This document shows, one piece after another, positions 38,594 through 52,820 of a DNA stretch of 64,000 nucleotides. Under the pieces are notes generated by a model, which was given only the letters and a program-made list of their open reading frames with translations, was not told the origin of the DNA and searched no databases. The DNA is taken from the NCBI GenBank assembly GCA_009914755.4, contig CP086569.2, positions 29,856,001 through 29,920,000 of the forward strand, read 5' to 3'. Numbering within the stretch: position 1 is the first letter of the stretch; each line of letters starts with the position of its first letter. Made by a program: the position numbers and the translations under genes. The DNA comes from the human T2T-CHM13v2.0 reference genome, Homo sapiens.

Positions 38594-41500
38594 ACGGTCT
38601 CGAATGGAATAAAAATGTATGGAATGGAATGCAATGAAACGGAATCGAATGTCATAGAATGTAATGGAATGCAAAAAAATGGAATCCAAAATCATTGACT
38701 GGAAAGGCTGGGTGTCGAAAGGAATTGACTCCAATGGAATGGAATCGAATGGAATGGAAGTGAATAGAATCGAACTAAATCGAATGGAATGGAATTGATA
38801 GGAACGGAATGGAAAGGAATGCAATGATTTGACATGGAATGGAATCGAATGGCATCGAATGGAATGGAATGGAATGCAATGGAATGGAATGTATTAGAAT
38901 GTAATGAACATTAATGGAATGTACTCGAATGGATTCGACTGGAATGGAATGTTCTGGAAGTGAATGGACTCCAATGGAATGGATTCGAAAGGAATGGAAT
39001 CGAACGGAATGGAATCTAATGGAATGGAATTAAATGGAAATGAATCAAATTGAATAGCACGGAATTGAATTGAATGGAATCGAATGCAATGGAATCTAAT
39101 GAAACGGAAAGGAAAGGAATGGAATGGAATGGAATGGGCTGGAATGGAAAGGAATCGAAACGAATGGAATGGAATCGAACTGAAGAGACTGGAATGGAAT
39201 GCACTGGAATGGAAGGGAGTGTTAATGGAAGGTTCTCGAAAATAATGGAAGCAAATGGAATGGAATTGAATGGAACGGAATAGAGTCGAATGGAATTGAA
39301 TGGAATGGAATGGACTAGAGTGAAATGGAATCGAACCACAAGGAATGGACAGGAATAGAATGGTCTCGAATTGAATGGAATCGTATGGAATGGCATCAAA
39401 CGGAATGGAATGGACAGCCACGGAATGGAATGCACTCGAATGCAATGGAGTCGAAACTTATGGACTGGAATAGAATGGACTCGACTGGTACGGACTCCAA
39501 TGGAATGGAATCGAATGGAAGGGATTCGAACGGAATGGACTCGAAGGGAAAAGACTGCAATGGAAAGGTCTCGAATGGAATGGAAATTAATGGAATGGAA
39601 TGGAATCGAATGAAATGGAGTCAAAAGGAATGGAATCGAATGGCAAGAAATCGAATGTAATGGAATCGCAAGGAATTGATGTGAACGGAACGGAATGGAA
39701 TGGAATCCAAAGGAATGGAATAGAATGGAATGGAATCGAATGGAAAGGACTCGAATGGAAATCACTCGAATAGAATGCAATTTAATAAAATAGGATCAAA
39801 TGTAATGGAATGGAATGGAAAGGAATCGAAACGAAAGGAATGGAGACAGATGGAATGGAATGGAACAGAGAGCAATGGTATAGAATGGAATGGAATCATC
39901 TGGAATGGAATTGAATGGAATGGAATAATATGAAATGGAATGGAATGGAATGGAATGGAATGCCCTTGAATTAAATGGACTGGAATGGAATGGACTCGAA
40001 CAGAGTGGAATAGAAAGTGTTGAGATAGAATGGAATGGACTCTTTTGGAATGGTCTAGTATGCAATGCAATCGACTGGCAGGGAATCAAAAGGAATGTAA
40101 TCGAATGGATTAGACTGGAATGCAATGGACTCGAATAGATTGGAAACGGAATGCAAAGGAATGGAATGGAATAGTATGGAATGGAATGGAAAGGAATGGA
40201 GTGGAATAGACTAGAGTGGAATGGAATGGACTGGAAAGCAATGGACTGGAATGGAACTTTCTTGAATGGACTGGAATCAAACGGAATGGAATGCAATGCA
40301 ATCAAATGGCATGGAATAAAATAGAATGAAAGAGAATGAAATGGAATTGAATCGAATGGAATCGAATGGATTGGAAAGGAATAGAATGGAATGGAATGGA
40401 ATTGACTCAAATGGAATGGACTAGAATGGAATGGATTCGAATGGAAGGCAAAGGAATGGAATCTATTGGAATGGACTGTAATGGAATGGAATGGAAGGGA
40501 TTGGAATGGACTCGAATGGAATGGACTGCAATAGAAAGGATTCGAATGGAATGAAAAAGAATTGAATGGAATAGAACAGAATGGAATGAAATCGAATGAA
40601 ATGGAATGGAATAGAAAGGAATGGAATGAAATGGAATGGAAAGGATTCGAATGGAATGCAATCGAATGGAATGGAATCGAACGGAATGGAATAAAATGGA
40701 AGAAAACTGGCAAGAAATGGAATCGAAATGAATGGAGTGTTATGGAACGGACTCAAAAGGAATTGAATGTAATAGAATGGAGTGGAGTGGACTCGAATAT
40801 AATGGACTGGAATGGAATGAAATCACATGGAATGGGAACGAATGGAATGGAATGGAAAGGAATGGAATCGAATGGAAAGGAATCGAATGGAAGGGAATGA
40901 AATTGAATCAACAGGAATGGAAGGGAATAGAATAGACGGTAATGGAATGGACTCGAATAGAATGGACACGAATGCTCAAATTGAATGGACTCGAATGGAA
41001 TGGAAACGAAAGGAATGTCATCGAATGGAATTGAATCGATTGGAATGAAATCGCATAGAATGGAGTGGAATCAAATGGAATTGAATCGAAAGGAAAGGAA
41101 GCGAATGGACTGAAATGAAATGGAATGGAATTGAATGGAAAGTAATGCAATGGAATAGAATGGAACGAAATTTCACGGAATGGAATCAAACTGAATGGAA
41201 TCAAATCAATGGAATCAAATCAAATGGAATGGAAAGGAATTGAATGGAGTAGATTGGATTGGATGGGATTGGAATGAAATGTACTGGAAAGGACTCGAAT
41301 TTCATGAAACGGAATGGAATGAATTGGAACGGAATGGACTCGAATGGAATGGAATGTCATGGAATGGCATCAAATGGAATGGCATCAAATGGAATGGAAT
41401 CGAATGCAATGGAATGCTATGGAATGGAATGGAATGCATTGGAATGGAATGTCCTCTAATAGAATGGATTCGAGTGGAATGGAATCGAATATAATGGAGT

Positions 41501-42153
41501 CGAATGAAAAGGAATTGAAAGGAATGGGATCGAATACAATGGAATATACTGGAATGTAATGTAATGAACTCGAATGTAATTGACTGGAATGGAATGTACA
41601 TGAATGGAATGTAATCGAATGGAAAGTAATCCAATGGAATAGAATCTAATGCAATAAAATCGACTCAGATAGAGTAGAATGTAATGGAATCGAGTGCAGT
41701 GCAATGGAATGGAATGGAATGGAATGCAATGGAATGGAATGGAATGGAATGGAATGGAATGGAATGGGATGGAATGGTATGGAATGGATAGTAATGGACT
41801 GGAATGAAATGGACTGGAAAAGAATGGACTCAAATTGAAAGGGCTCGAAAGGAATGGAGTCAAATGGAATGGTCTGGAATGGAATGAACACGAATGTAAT
41901 GCAATCCAATAGAATGGAATCGAATGGCATGGAATATAAAGAAATGGAATCGAAGAGAATGGAAACAAATGGAATGGAATTGAATGGAATGGAATTGAAT
42001 GGAATGGGAACGAATGGAGTGAAATTGTATGCAGTAGAAGAGAATAGAATGGAATGCAAGCGAAAGGAAAGGAATGGATTGCAATGGAATGGAATTCATT
42101 GGAATGGAAGGGAATGTAGTGTAATGGACAGGCCTGGAATAAAGTGGAATGTT
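38594..42153 (+). repeat. HOR copy 12 (3560 bp), block 11-16 haplotype
   Basis: Carries gaaaataatggaagcaaatgg, aacttatgg, ggaatggattgcaatgg and the anchor variant gttacggtctcg at its 3' end. Confidence 0.9.
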
Positions 42154-45100
42154 ACGGTCTCGAATGGAATAAAAATGTATGGAATGGAATGCAATGAAAC
42201 GGAATCGAATGTCATAGAATGTAATGGAATGCAAAAAAATGGAATCCAAAATCATTGACTGGAAAGGCTGGGTGTCGAAAGGAATTGACTCCAATGGAAT
42301 GGAATCGAATGGAATGGAAGTGAATAGAATCGAACTAAATCGAATGGAATGGAATTGATAGGAACGGAATGGAAAGGAATGCAATGATTTGGCATGGAAT
42401 GGAATCGAATGGCATCGAATGGAATGGAATGGAATGCAATGGAATGGAATGTATTAGAATGTAATGAACATTAATGGAATGTACTCGAATGGATTCGACT
42501 GGAATGGAATGTTCTGGAAGTGAATGGAGTCCAATGGAATGGATTCGAAAGGAATGGAATCGAACGGAATGGAATCTAATGGAATGGAATTAAATGGAAA
42601 TGAATCAAATTGAATAGCACGGAATTGAATTGAATGGAATCGAATGCAATGGAATCTAATGAAACGGAAAGGAAAGGAATGGAATGGAATGGAATGGGCT
42701 GGAATGGAAAGGAATCGAAACGAATGGAATGGAATCGAACTGAAGAGACTGGAATGGAATGCACTGGAATGGAAGGGAGTGTAATGGAAGGTTCTCGAAA
42801 ATAATGGAAGCAAATGGAATGGAATTGAATGGAACGGAATAGAGTCGAATGGAATTGAATGGAATGGAATGGACTAGAGTGAAATGGAATCGAACCACAA
42901 GGAATGGACAGGAATAGAATGGTCTCGAATTGAATGGAATCGTATGGAATGGCATCAAACGGAATGGAATGGACAGCCACGGAATGGAATGCACTCGAAT
43001 GCAATGGAGTCGAAACTTATGGACTGGAATAGAATGGACTCGACTGGTACGGACTCCAATGGAATGGAATCGAATGGAAGGGATTCGAACGGAATGGACT
43101 CGAAGGGAAAAGACTGCAATGGAAAGGTCTCGAATGGAATGGAAATTAATGGAATGGAATGGAATCGAATGAAATGGAGTCAAAAGGAATGGAATCGAAT
43201 GGCAAGAAATCGAATGTAATGGAATCGCAAGGAATTGATGTGAACGGAACGGAATGGAATGGAATCCAAAGGAATGGAATAGAATGGAATGGAATCGAAT
43301 GGAAAGGACTCGAATGGAAATCACTCGAATAGAATGCAATTTAATAAAATAGGATCAAATGTAATTGAATGGAATGGAAAGGAATCGAAACGAAAGGAAT
43401 GGAGACAGATGGAATGGAATGGAACAGAGAGCAATGGTATAGAATGGAATGGAATCATCTGGAATGGAATTGAATGGAATGGAATAATATGAAATGGAAT
43501 GGAATGGAATGGAATGGAATGCCCTTGAATTAAATGGACTGGAATGGAATGGACTCGAACAGAGTGGAATGGAAAGTGTTGAGATAGAATGGAATGGACT
43601 CTTTTGGAATGGTCTAGTATGCAATGCAATCGACTGGCAGGGAATCAAAAGGAATGTAATCGAATGGATTAGACTGGAATGCAATGGACTCGAATAGATT
43701 GGAAACGGAATGCAAAGGAATGGAATGGAATAGTATGGAATGGAATGGAAAGGAATGGAGTGGAATAGACTAGAGTGGAATGGAATGGACTGGAAAGCAA
43801 TGGACTGGAATGGAACTTTCTTGAATGGACTGGAATCAAACGGAATGGAATGCAATGCAATCAAATGGCATGGAATAAAATAGAATGAAAGAGAATCAAA
43901 TGGAATTGAATCGAATGGAATCGAATGGATTGGAAAGGAATAGAATGGAATGGAATGGAATGGACTCAAATGGAATGGACTAGAATGGAATGGATTCGAA
44001 TGGAAGGCAAAGGAATGGAATCTATTGGAATGGACTGTAATGGAATGGAATGGAAGGGATTGGAATGGACTCGAATGGAATGGACAGCAATAGAAAGGAT
44101 TCGAATGGAATGAAAAAGAATTGAATGGAATAGAACAGAATGGAATCAAATCGAATGAAATGGAATGGAATAGAAAGGAATGGAATGAAATGGAATGGAA
44201 AGGATTCGAATGGAATGCAATCGAATGGAATGGAATCGAACGGAATGGAATAAAATGGAAGAAAACTGGCAAGAAATGGAATCGAAATGAATGGAGTGTT
44301 ATGGAACGGACTCAAAAGGAATTGAATGTAATAGAATGGAGTGGAGTGGACTCGAATATAATGGACTGGAATGGAATGAAATCACATGGAATGGGAACGA
44401 ATGGAATGGAATGGAAAGGAATGGAATCGAATGGAAAGGAATCGAATGGAAGGGAATGAAATTGAATCAACAGGAATGGAAGGGAATAGAATAGACGGTA
44501 ATGGAATGGACTCGAATAGAATGGACACGAATGCTCAAATTGAATGGACTCGAATGGAATGGAAACGAAAGGAATGTCATCGAATGGAATTGAATCGATT
44601 GGAATGAAATCACATAGAATGGAGTGGAATCAAATGGAATTGAATCGAAAGGAAAGGAAGCGAATGGACTAAAATGAAATGGAATGGAATTGAATGGAAA
44701 GTAATGCAATGGAATAGAATGGAACGAAATTTCACGGAATGGAATCAAACTGAATGGAATCAAATCAATGGAACCAAATCAAATGGAATGGAAAGCAATT
44801 GAATGGAGTAGATTGGATTGGATGGGATTGGAATGAAATGTACTGGAAAGGACTCGAATTTCATGAAACGGAATGGAATGAATTGGAACGGAATGGACTC
44901 GAATGGAATGGAATGTCATGGAATGGCATCAAATGGAATGGCATCAAATGGAATGGAATCGAATGCAATGGAATGCTATGGAATGGAATGGAATGCATTG
45001 GAATGGAATGTCCTCTAATGGAATGGATTCGAGTGGAATGGAATCGAATATAATGGAGTCGAATGAAAAGGAATTGAAAGGAATGGGATCGAATACAATG

Positions 45101-45717
45101 GAATATACTGGAATGTAATGTAATGAACTGGAATGTAATTGACTGGAATGGAATGTACATGAATGGAATGTAATCGAATGGAAAGTAATCCAATGGAATA
45201 GAATCTAATGCAATAAAATCGACTCAGATAGAGTAGAATGTAATGGAATGGAGTGCAGTGCAATGGAATGGAATGGAATGGAATGCAATGGAATGGAATG
45301 GAATGGAATGGAATGGAATGGAATTGAATGGGATGGAATGGTATGGAATGGATAGTAATGGACTGGAATGAAGTGGACTGGAAAAGAATGGACTCAAATT
45401 GAAAGGGCTCGAAAGGAATGGAGTCAAATGGAATGGTCTGGAATGGAATGAACACGAATGTAATGCAATCCAATAGAATGGAATCGAATGGCATGGAATA
45501 TAAAGAAATGGAATCGAAGAGAATGGAAACAAATGGAATGGAATTGAATGGAATGGAATTGAATGGAATGGGAACGAATGGAGTGAAATTGTATGCAGTA
45601 GAAGAGAATAGAATGGAATGCAAGCGAAAGGAAAGGAATGGATTGCAATGGAATGGAATTCATTGGAATGGAAGGGAATGTAGTGTAATGGACAGGCCTG
45701 GAATAAAGTGGAATGTT
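42154..45717 (+). repeat. HOR copy 13 (3564 bp), block 11-16 haplotype
   Basis: Same variant set as copy 12. Confidence 0.9.
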
Positions 45718-48700
45718 ACGGTCTCGAATGGAATAAAAATGTATGGAATGGAATGCAATGAAACGGAATCGAATGTCATAGAATGTAATGGAATGCAAAA
45801 AAATGGAATCCAAAATCATTGACTGGAAAGGCTGGGTGTCGAAAGGAATTGACTCCAATGGAATGGAATCGAATGGAATGGAAGTGAATAGAATCGAACT
45901 AAATCGAATGGAATGGAATTGATCGGAACGGAATGGAAAGGAATGCAATGATTTGGCATGGAATGGAATCGAATGGCATCGAATGGAATGGAATGGAATG
46001 CAATGGAATGGAATGTATTAGAATGTAATGAACATTAATGGAATGTACTCGAATGGATTCGACTGGAATGGAATGTTCTGGAAGTGAATGGAGTCCAATG
46101 GAATGGATTCGAAAGGAATGGAATCGAACGGAATGGAATCTAATGGAATGGAATTAAATGGAAATGAATCAAATTGAATAGCACGGAATTGAATTGAATG
46201 GAATGGAATGCAATGGAATCTAATGAAACGGAAAGGAAAGGAATGGAATGGAATGGAATGGGCTGGAATGGAAAGGAATCGAAACGAATGGAATGGAATC
46301 GAACTGAAGAGACTGGAATGGAATGCACTGGAATGGAAGGGAGTGTAATGGAAGGTTCTCGAAAATAATGGAAGCAAATGGAATGGAATTGAATGGAACG
46401 GAATAGAGTCGAATGGAATTGAATGGAATGGAATGGACTAGAGTGAAATGGAATCGAACCACAAGGAATGGACAGGAATAGAATGGTCTCGAATTGAATG
46501 GAATCGTATGGAATGGCATCAAACGGAATGGAATGGACAGCCACGGAATGGAATGCACTCGAATGCAATGGAGTCGAAACTTATGGACTGGAATAGAATG
46601 GACTCGACTGGTACGGACTCCAATGGAATGGAATCGAATGGAAGGGATTCGAACGGAATGGACTCGAAGGGAAAAGACTGCAATGGAAAGGTCTCGAAGG
46701 GAATGGAAATTAATGGAATGGAATGGAATCGAATGAAATGGAGTCAAAAGGAATGGAATCGAATGGCAAGAAATCGAATGTAATGGAATTGCAAGGAATT
46801 GATGTGAACGGAACGGAATGGAATGGAATCCAAAGGAATGGAATAGAATGGAATGGAATCGAATGGAAAGGACTCGAATGGAAATCACTCGAATAGAATG
46901 CAATTTAATAAAATAGGATCAAATGTAATGGAATGGAATGGAAAGGAATCGAAACGAAAGGAATGGAGACAGATGGAATGGAATGGAACAGAGAGCAATG
47001 GTATAGAATGGAATGGAATCATCTGGAATGGAATTGAATGGAATGGAATAATATGAAATGGGATGGAATGGAATGGAATGGAATGCCCTTGAATTAAATG
47101 GACTGGAATGGAATGGACTCGAACAGAGTGGAATGGAAAGTGTTGAGATAGAATGGAATGGACTCTTTTGGAATGGTCTAGTATGCAATGCAATCGACTG
47201 GCAGGGAATCAAAAGGAATGTAATCGAATGGATTAGACTGGAATGCAATGGACTCGAATAGATTGGAAACGGAATGCAAAGGAATGGAATGGAATAGTAT
47301 GGAATGGAATGGAAAGGAATGGAGTGGAATAGACTAGAGTGGAATGGAATGGACTGGAAAGCAATGGACTGGAATGGAACTTTCTTGAATGGACTGGAAT
47401 CAAACGGAATGGAATGCAATGCAATCAAATGGCATGGAATAAAATAGAATGAAAGAGAATCAAATGGAATTGAATCGAATGGAATCGAATGGATTGGAAA
47501 GGAATAGAATGGAATGGAATGGAATGGACTCAAATGGAATGGACTAGAATGGAATGGATTCGAATGGAAGGCAAAGGAATGGAATCTATTGGAATGGACT
47601 GTAATGGAATGGAATGGAAGGGATTGGAATGGACTCGAATGGAATGGACTGCAATAGAAAGGATTCGAATGGAATGGAAAAGAATTGAATGGAATAGAAT
47701 AGAATGGAATCAAATCGAATGAAATGGAATGGAATAGAAAGGAATGGAATGAAATGGAATGGAAAGGATTCAAATGGAATGCAATCGAATGGAATGGAAT
47801 CGAACGGAATGGAATAAAATGGAAGAAAACTGGCAAGAAATGGAATCGAAATGAATGGAGTGTTATGGAACGGACTCAAAAGGAATTGAATGTAATAGAA
47901 TGGAGTGGAGTGGACTCGAATATAATGGACTGGAATGGAATGAAATCACATGGAATGGGAACGAATGGAATGGAATGGAAAGGAATGGAATCGAATGGAA
48001 AGGAATCGAATGGAAGGGAATGAAATTGAATCAACAGGAATGGAAGGGAATAGAATAGACGGTAATGGAATGGACTCGAATAGAATGGACACGAATGCTC
48101 AAATTGAATGGACTCAAATGGAATGGAAACGAAAGCAATGTCATCGAATGGAATTGAATCGATTGGAATGAAATCGCATAGAATGGAGTGGAATCAAATG
48201 GAATTGAATCGAAAGGAAAGGAAGCGAATGGACTGAAATGAAATGGAATGGAATTGAATGGAAAGTAATGCAATGGAATAGAATGGAACGAAATTTCACG
48301 GAATGGAATCAAACTGAATGGAATCAAATCAATGGAATCAAATCAAATGGAATGGAAAGCAATTGAATGGAGTAGATTGGATTGGATGGGATTGGAATGA
48401 AATGTACTGGAAAGGACTCGAATTTCATGAAACGGAATGGAATGAATTGGAACGGAATGGACTCGAATGGAATGGAATGTCATGGAATGGCATCAAATGG
48501 AATGGCATCAAATGGAATGGAATCGAATGCAATGGAATGCTATGGAATGGAATGGAATGCATTGGAATGGAATGTCCTCTAATAGAATGGATTCGAGTGG
48601 AATGGAATCGAATATAATGGAGTCGAATGAAAAGGAATTGAAAGGAATGGGATCGAATACAATGGAATATACTGGAATGTAATGTAATGAACTCGAATGT

Positions 48701-49271
48701 AATTGACTGGAATGGAATGTACATGAATGGAATGTAATCGAATGGAAAGTAATCCAATGGAATAGAATCTAATGCAATAAAATCGACTCAGATAGAGTAG
48801 AATGTAATGGAATGGAGTGCAGTGCAATGGAATGGAATGGAATGGAATGCAATGGAATGGAATGGAATGGAATGGAATGGAATGGGATGGAATGGTATGG
48901 AATGGATAGTAATGGACTGGAATGAAATGGACTGGAAAAGAATGGACTCAAATTGAAAGGGCTCGAAAGGAATGGAGTCAAATGGAATGGTCTGGAATGG
49001 AATGAACACGAATGTAATGCAATCCAATAGAATGGAATCGAATGGCATGGAATATAAAGAAATGGAATCGAAGAGAATGGAAACAAATGGAATGGAATTG
49101 AATGGAATGGAATTGAATGGAATGGGAACGAATGGAGTGAAATTGTATGCAGTAGAAGAGAATAGAATGGAATGCAAGCGAAAGGAAAGGAATGGATTGC
49201 AATGGAATGGAATTCATTGGAATGGAAGGGAATGTAGTGTAATGGACAGGCCTGGAATAAAGTGGAATGTT
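45718..49271 (+). repeat. HOR copy 14 (3554 bp), block 11-16 haplotype
   Basis: Same variant set. Has CpG-decay variants such as ggactcaaatgg at ~48111. Confidence 0.9.
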
Positions 49272-52200
49272 ACGGTCTCGAATGGAATAAAAATGTATGG
49301 AATGGAATGCAATGAAACGGAATCGAATGTCATAGAATGTAATGGAATGCAAAAAAATGGAATCCAAAATCATTGACTGGAAAGGCTGGGTGTCGAAAGG
49401 AATTGACTCCAATGGAATGGAATCGAATGGAATGGAAGTGAATAGAATCGAACTAAATCGAATGGAATGGAATTGATAGGAACGGAATGGAAAGGAATGC
49501 AATGATTTGGCATGGAATGGAATCGAATGGCATCGAATGGAATGGAATGGAATGCAATGGAATGGAATGTATTAGAATGTAATGAACATTAATGGAATGT
49601 ACTCGAATGGATTCGACTGGAATGAAATGTTCTGGAAGTGAATGGAGTCCAATGGAATGGATTCGAAAGGAATGGAATCGAACGGAATGGAATCTAATGG
49701 AATGGAATTAAATGGAAATGAATCAAATTGAATAGCACGGAATTGAATTGAATGGAATCGAATGCAATGGAATCTAATGAAACGGAAAGGAAAGGAATGG
49801 AATGGAATGGAATGGGCTGGAATGGAAAGGAATCGAAACGAATGGAATGGAATCGAACTGAAGAGACTGGAATGGAATGCACTGGAATGGAAGGGAGTGT
49901 AATGGAAGGTTCTCGAAAATAATGGAAGCAAATGGAATGGAATTGAATGGAACGGAATAGAGTCGAATGGAATTGAATGGAATGGAATGGACTAGAGTGA
50001 AATGGAATCGAACCACAAGGAATGGACAGGAATAGAATGGTCTCGAATTGAATGGAATCGTATGGAATGGCATCAAACGGAATGGAATGGACAGCCACGG
50101 AATGGAATGCACTCGAATGCAATGGAGTCGAAACTTATGGACTGGAATAGAATGGACTCGACTGGTACGGACTCCAATGGAATGGAATCGAATGGAAGGG
50201 AATCGAACGGAATGGACTCGAAGGGAAAAGACTGCAATGGAAAGGTCTCGAATGGAATGGAAATTAATGGAATGGAATGGAATCGAATGAAATGGAGTCA
50301 AAAGGAATGGAATCGAATGGCAAGAAATCGAATGTAATGGAATCGCAAGGAATTGATGTGAACGGAACGGAATGGAATGGAATCCAAAGGAATGGAGTAG
50401 AATGGAATGGAATCGAATGGAAAGGACTCGAATGGAAATCACTCGAATAGAATGCAATTTAATAAAATAGGATCAAATGTAATTGAATGGAATGGAAAGG
50501 AATCGAAACGAAAGGAATGGAGTCAGATGGAATGGAATGGAACAGAGAGCAATGGTATAGAATGGAATGGAATCATCTGGAATGGAATTGAATGGAATGG
50601 AATAATATGAAATGGAATGGAATGGAATGGAATGGAATGCCCTTGAATTAAATGGACTGGAATGGAATGGACTCGAACAGAGTGGAATGGAAAGTGTTGA
50701 GATAGAATGGAATGGACTCTTTTGGAATGGTCTAGTATGCAATGCAATCGACTGGCAGGGAATCAAAAGGAATGTAATCGAATGGATTAGACTGGAATGC
50801 AATGGACTCGAATAGATTGGAAACGGAATGCAAAGGAATGGAATGGAATAGTATGGAATGGAATGGAAAGGAATGGAGTGGAATAGACTAGAGTGGAATG
50901 GAATGGACTGGAAAGCAATGGACTGGAATGGAACTTTCTTGAATGGACTGGAATCAAACGGAATGGAATGCAATGCAATCAAATGGCATGGAATAAAATA
51001 GAATGAAAGAGAATCAAATGGAATTGAATCGAATGGAATCGAATGGATTGGAAAGGAATAGAATGGAATGGAATGGAATTGACTCAAATGGAATGGACTA
51101 GAATGGAATGGATTCGAATGGAAGGCAAAGGAATGGAATCTATTGGAATGGACTGTAATGGAATGGAATGGAAGGGATTGGAATGGACTCGAATGGAATG
51201 GACTGCAATAGAAAGGATTCAAATGGAATGAAAAAGAATTGAATGGAATAGAACAGAATGGAATCAAATCGAATGAAATGGAATGGAATAGAAAGGAATG
51301 GAATGAAATGGAATGGAAAGGATTCGAATGGAATGCAATCGAATGGAATGGAATCGAACGGAATGGAATAAAATGGAAGAAAACTGGCAAGAAATGGAAT
51401 CGAAATGAATGGAGTGTTATGGAACGGACTCAAAAGGAATTGAATGTAATAGAATGGAGTGGAGTGGACTCGAATATAATGGACTGGAATGGAATGAAAT
51501 CACATGGAATGGGAACGAATGGAATGGAATGGAAAAGAATGGAATCGAATGGAAAGGAATCGAATGGAAGGGAATGAAATTGAATCAACAGGAATGGAAG
51601 GGAATAGAATAGACGGTAATGGAATGGACTCGAATAGAATGGACACGAATGCTCAAATTGAATGGACTCGAATGGAATGGAAACGAAAGGAATGTCATCG
51701 AATGGAATTGAATCGATTGGAATGAAATCGCATAGAATGGAGTGGAATCAAATGGAATTGAATCGAAAGGAAAGGAAGCGAATGGACTGAAATGAAATGG
51801 AATGGAATTGAATGGAAAGTAATGCAATGGAATAGAATGGAACGAAATTTCACGGAATGGAATCAAACTGAATGGAATCAAATCAATGGAATCAAATCAA
51901 ATGGAATGGAAAGGAATTGAATGGAGTAGATTGGATTGGATGGGATTGGAATGAAATGTACTGGAAAGGACTCGAATTTCATGAAACGGAATGGAATGAA
52001 TTGGAACGGAATGGACTCGAATGGAATGGAATGTCATGGAATGGCATCAAATGGAATGGAATCGAATGCAATGGAATGCTATGGAATGGAATGGAATGCA
52101 TTGGAATGGAATGTCCTCTAATGGAATGGATTCGAGTGGAATGGAATCGAATATAATGGAGTCGAATGAAAAGGAATTGAAAGGAATGTGATCGAATACA

Positions 52201-52820
52201 ATGGAACATACTGGAATGTAATGTAATGAACTCGAATGTAATTGACTGGAATGGAATGTACATGAATGGAATGTAATCGAATGGAAAGTAATCCAATGGA
52301 ATAGAATCTAATGCAATAAAATCGACTCAGATAGAGTAGAATATAATGGAATGGAGTGCAGTGCAATGGAATGGAATGGAATGGAATGCAATGGAATGGA
52401 ATGGAATGGAATGGAATGGAATGGAATGGAATGGGATGGAATGGTATGGAATGGATAGTAATGGACTGGAATGAAATGGACTGGAAAAGAATGGAATCAA
52501 ATTGAAAGGGCTCGAAAGCAATGGAGTCAAATGGAATGGTCTGGAATGGAATGAACACGAATGTAATGCAATCCAATAGAATGGAATCGAATGGCATGGA
52601 ATATAAAGAAATGGAATCGAAGAGAATGGAAACAAATGGAATGGAATTGAATGGAATGGAATTGAATGGAATGGGAACGAATGGAGTGAAATTGTATGCA
52701 GTAGAAGAGAATAGAATGGAATGCAAGCGAAAGGAAAGGAATGGATTGCAATGGAATGGAATTCATTGAAATGGAAGGAAATGTAGTGTAATGGACAGGC
52801 CTGGAATAAAGTGGAATGCT
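49272..52820 (+). repeat. HOR copy 15 (3549 bp), block 11-16 haplotype
   Basis: Same variant set, except gggaatcgaacgg is restored at ~50190. Confidence 0.9.
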
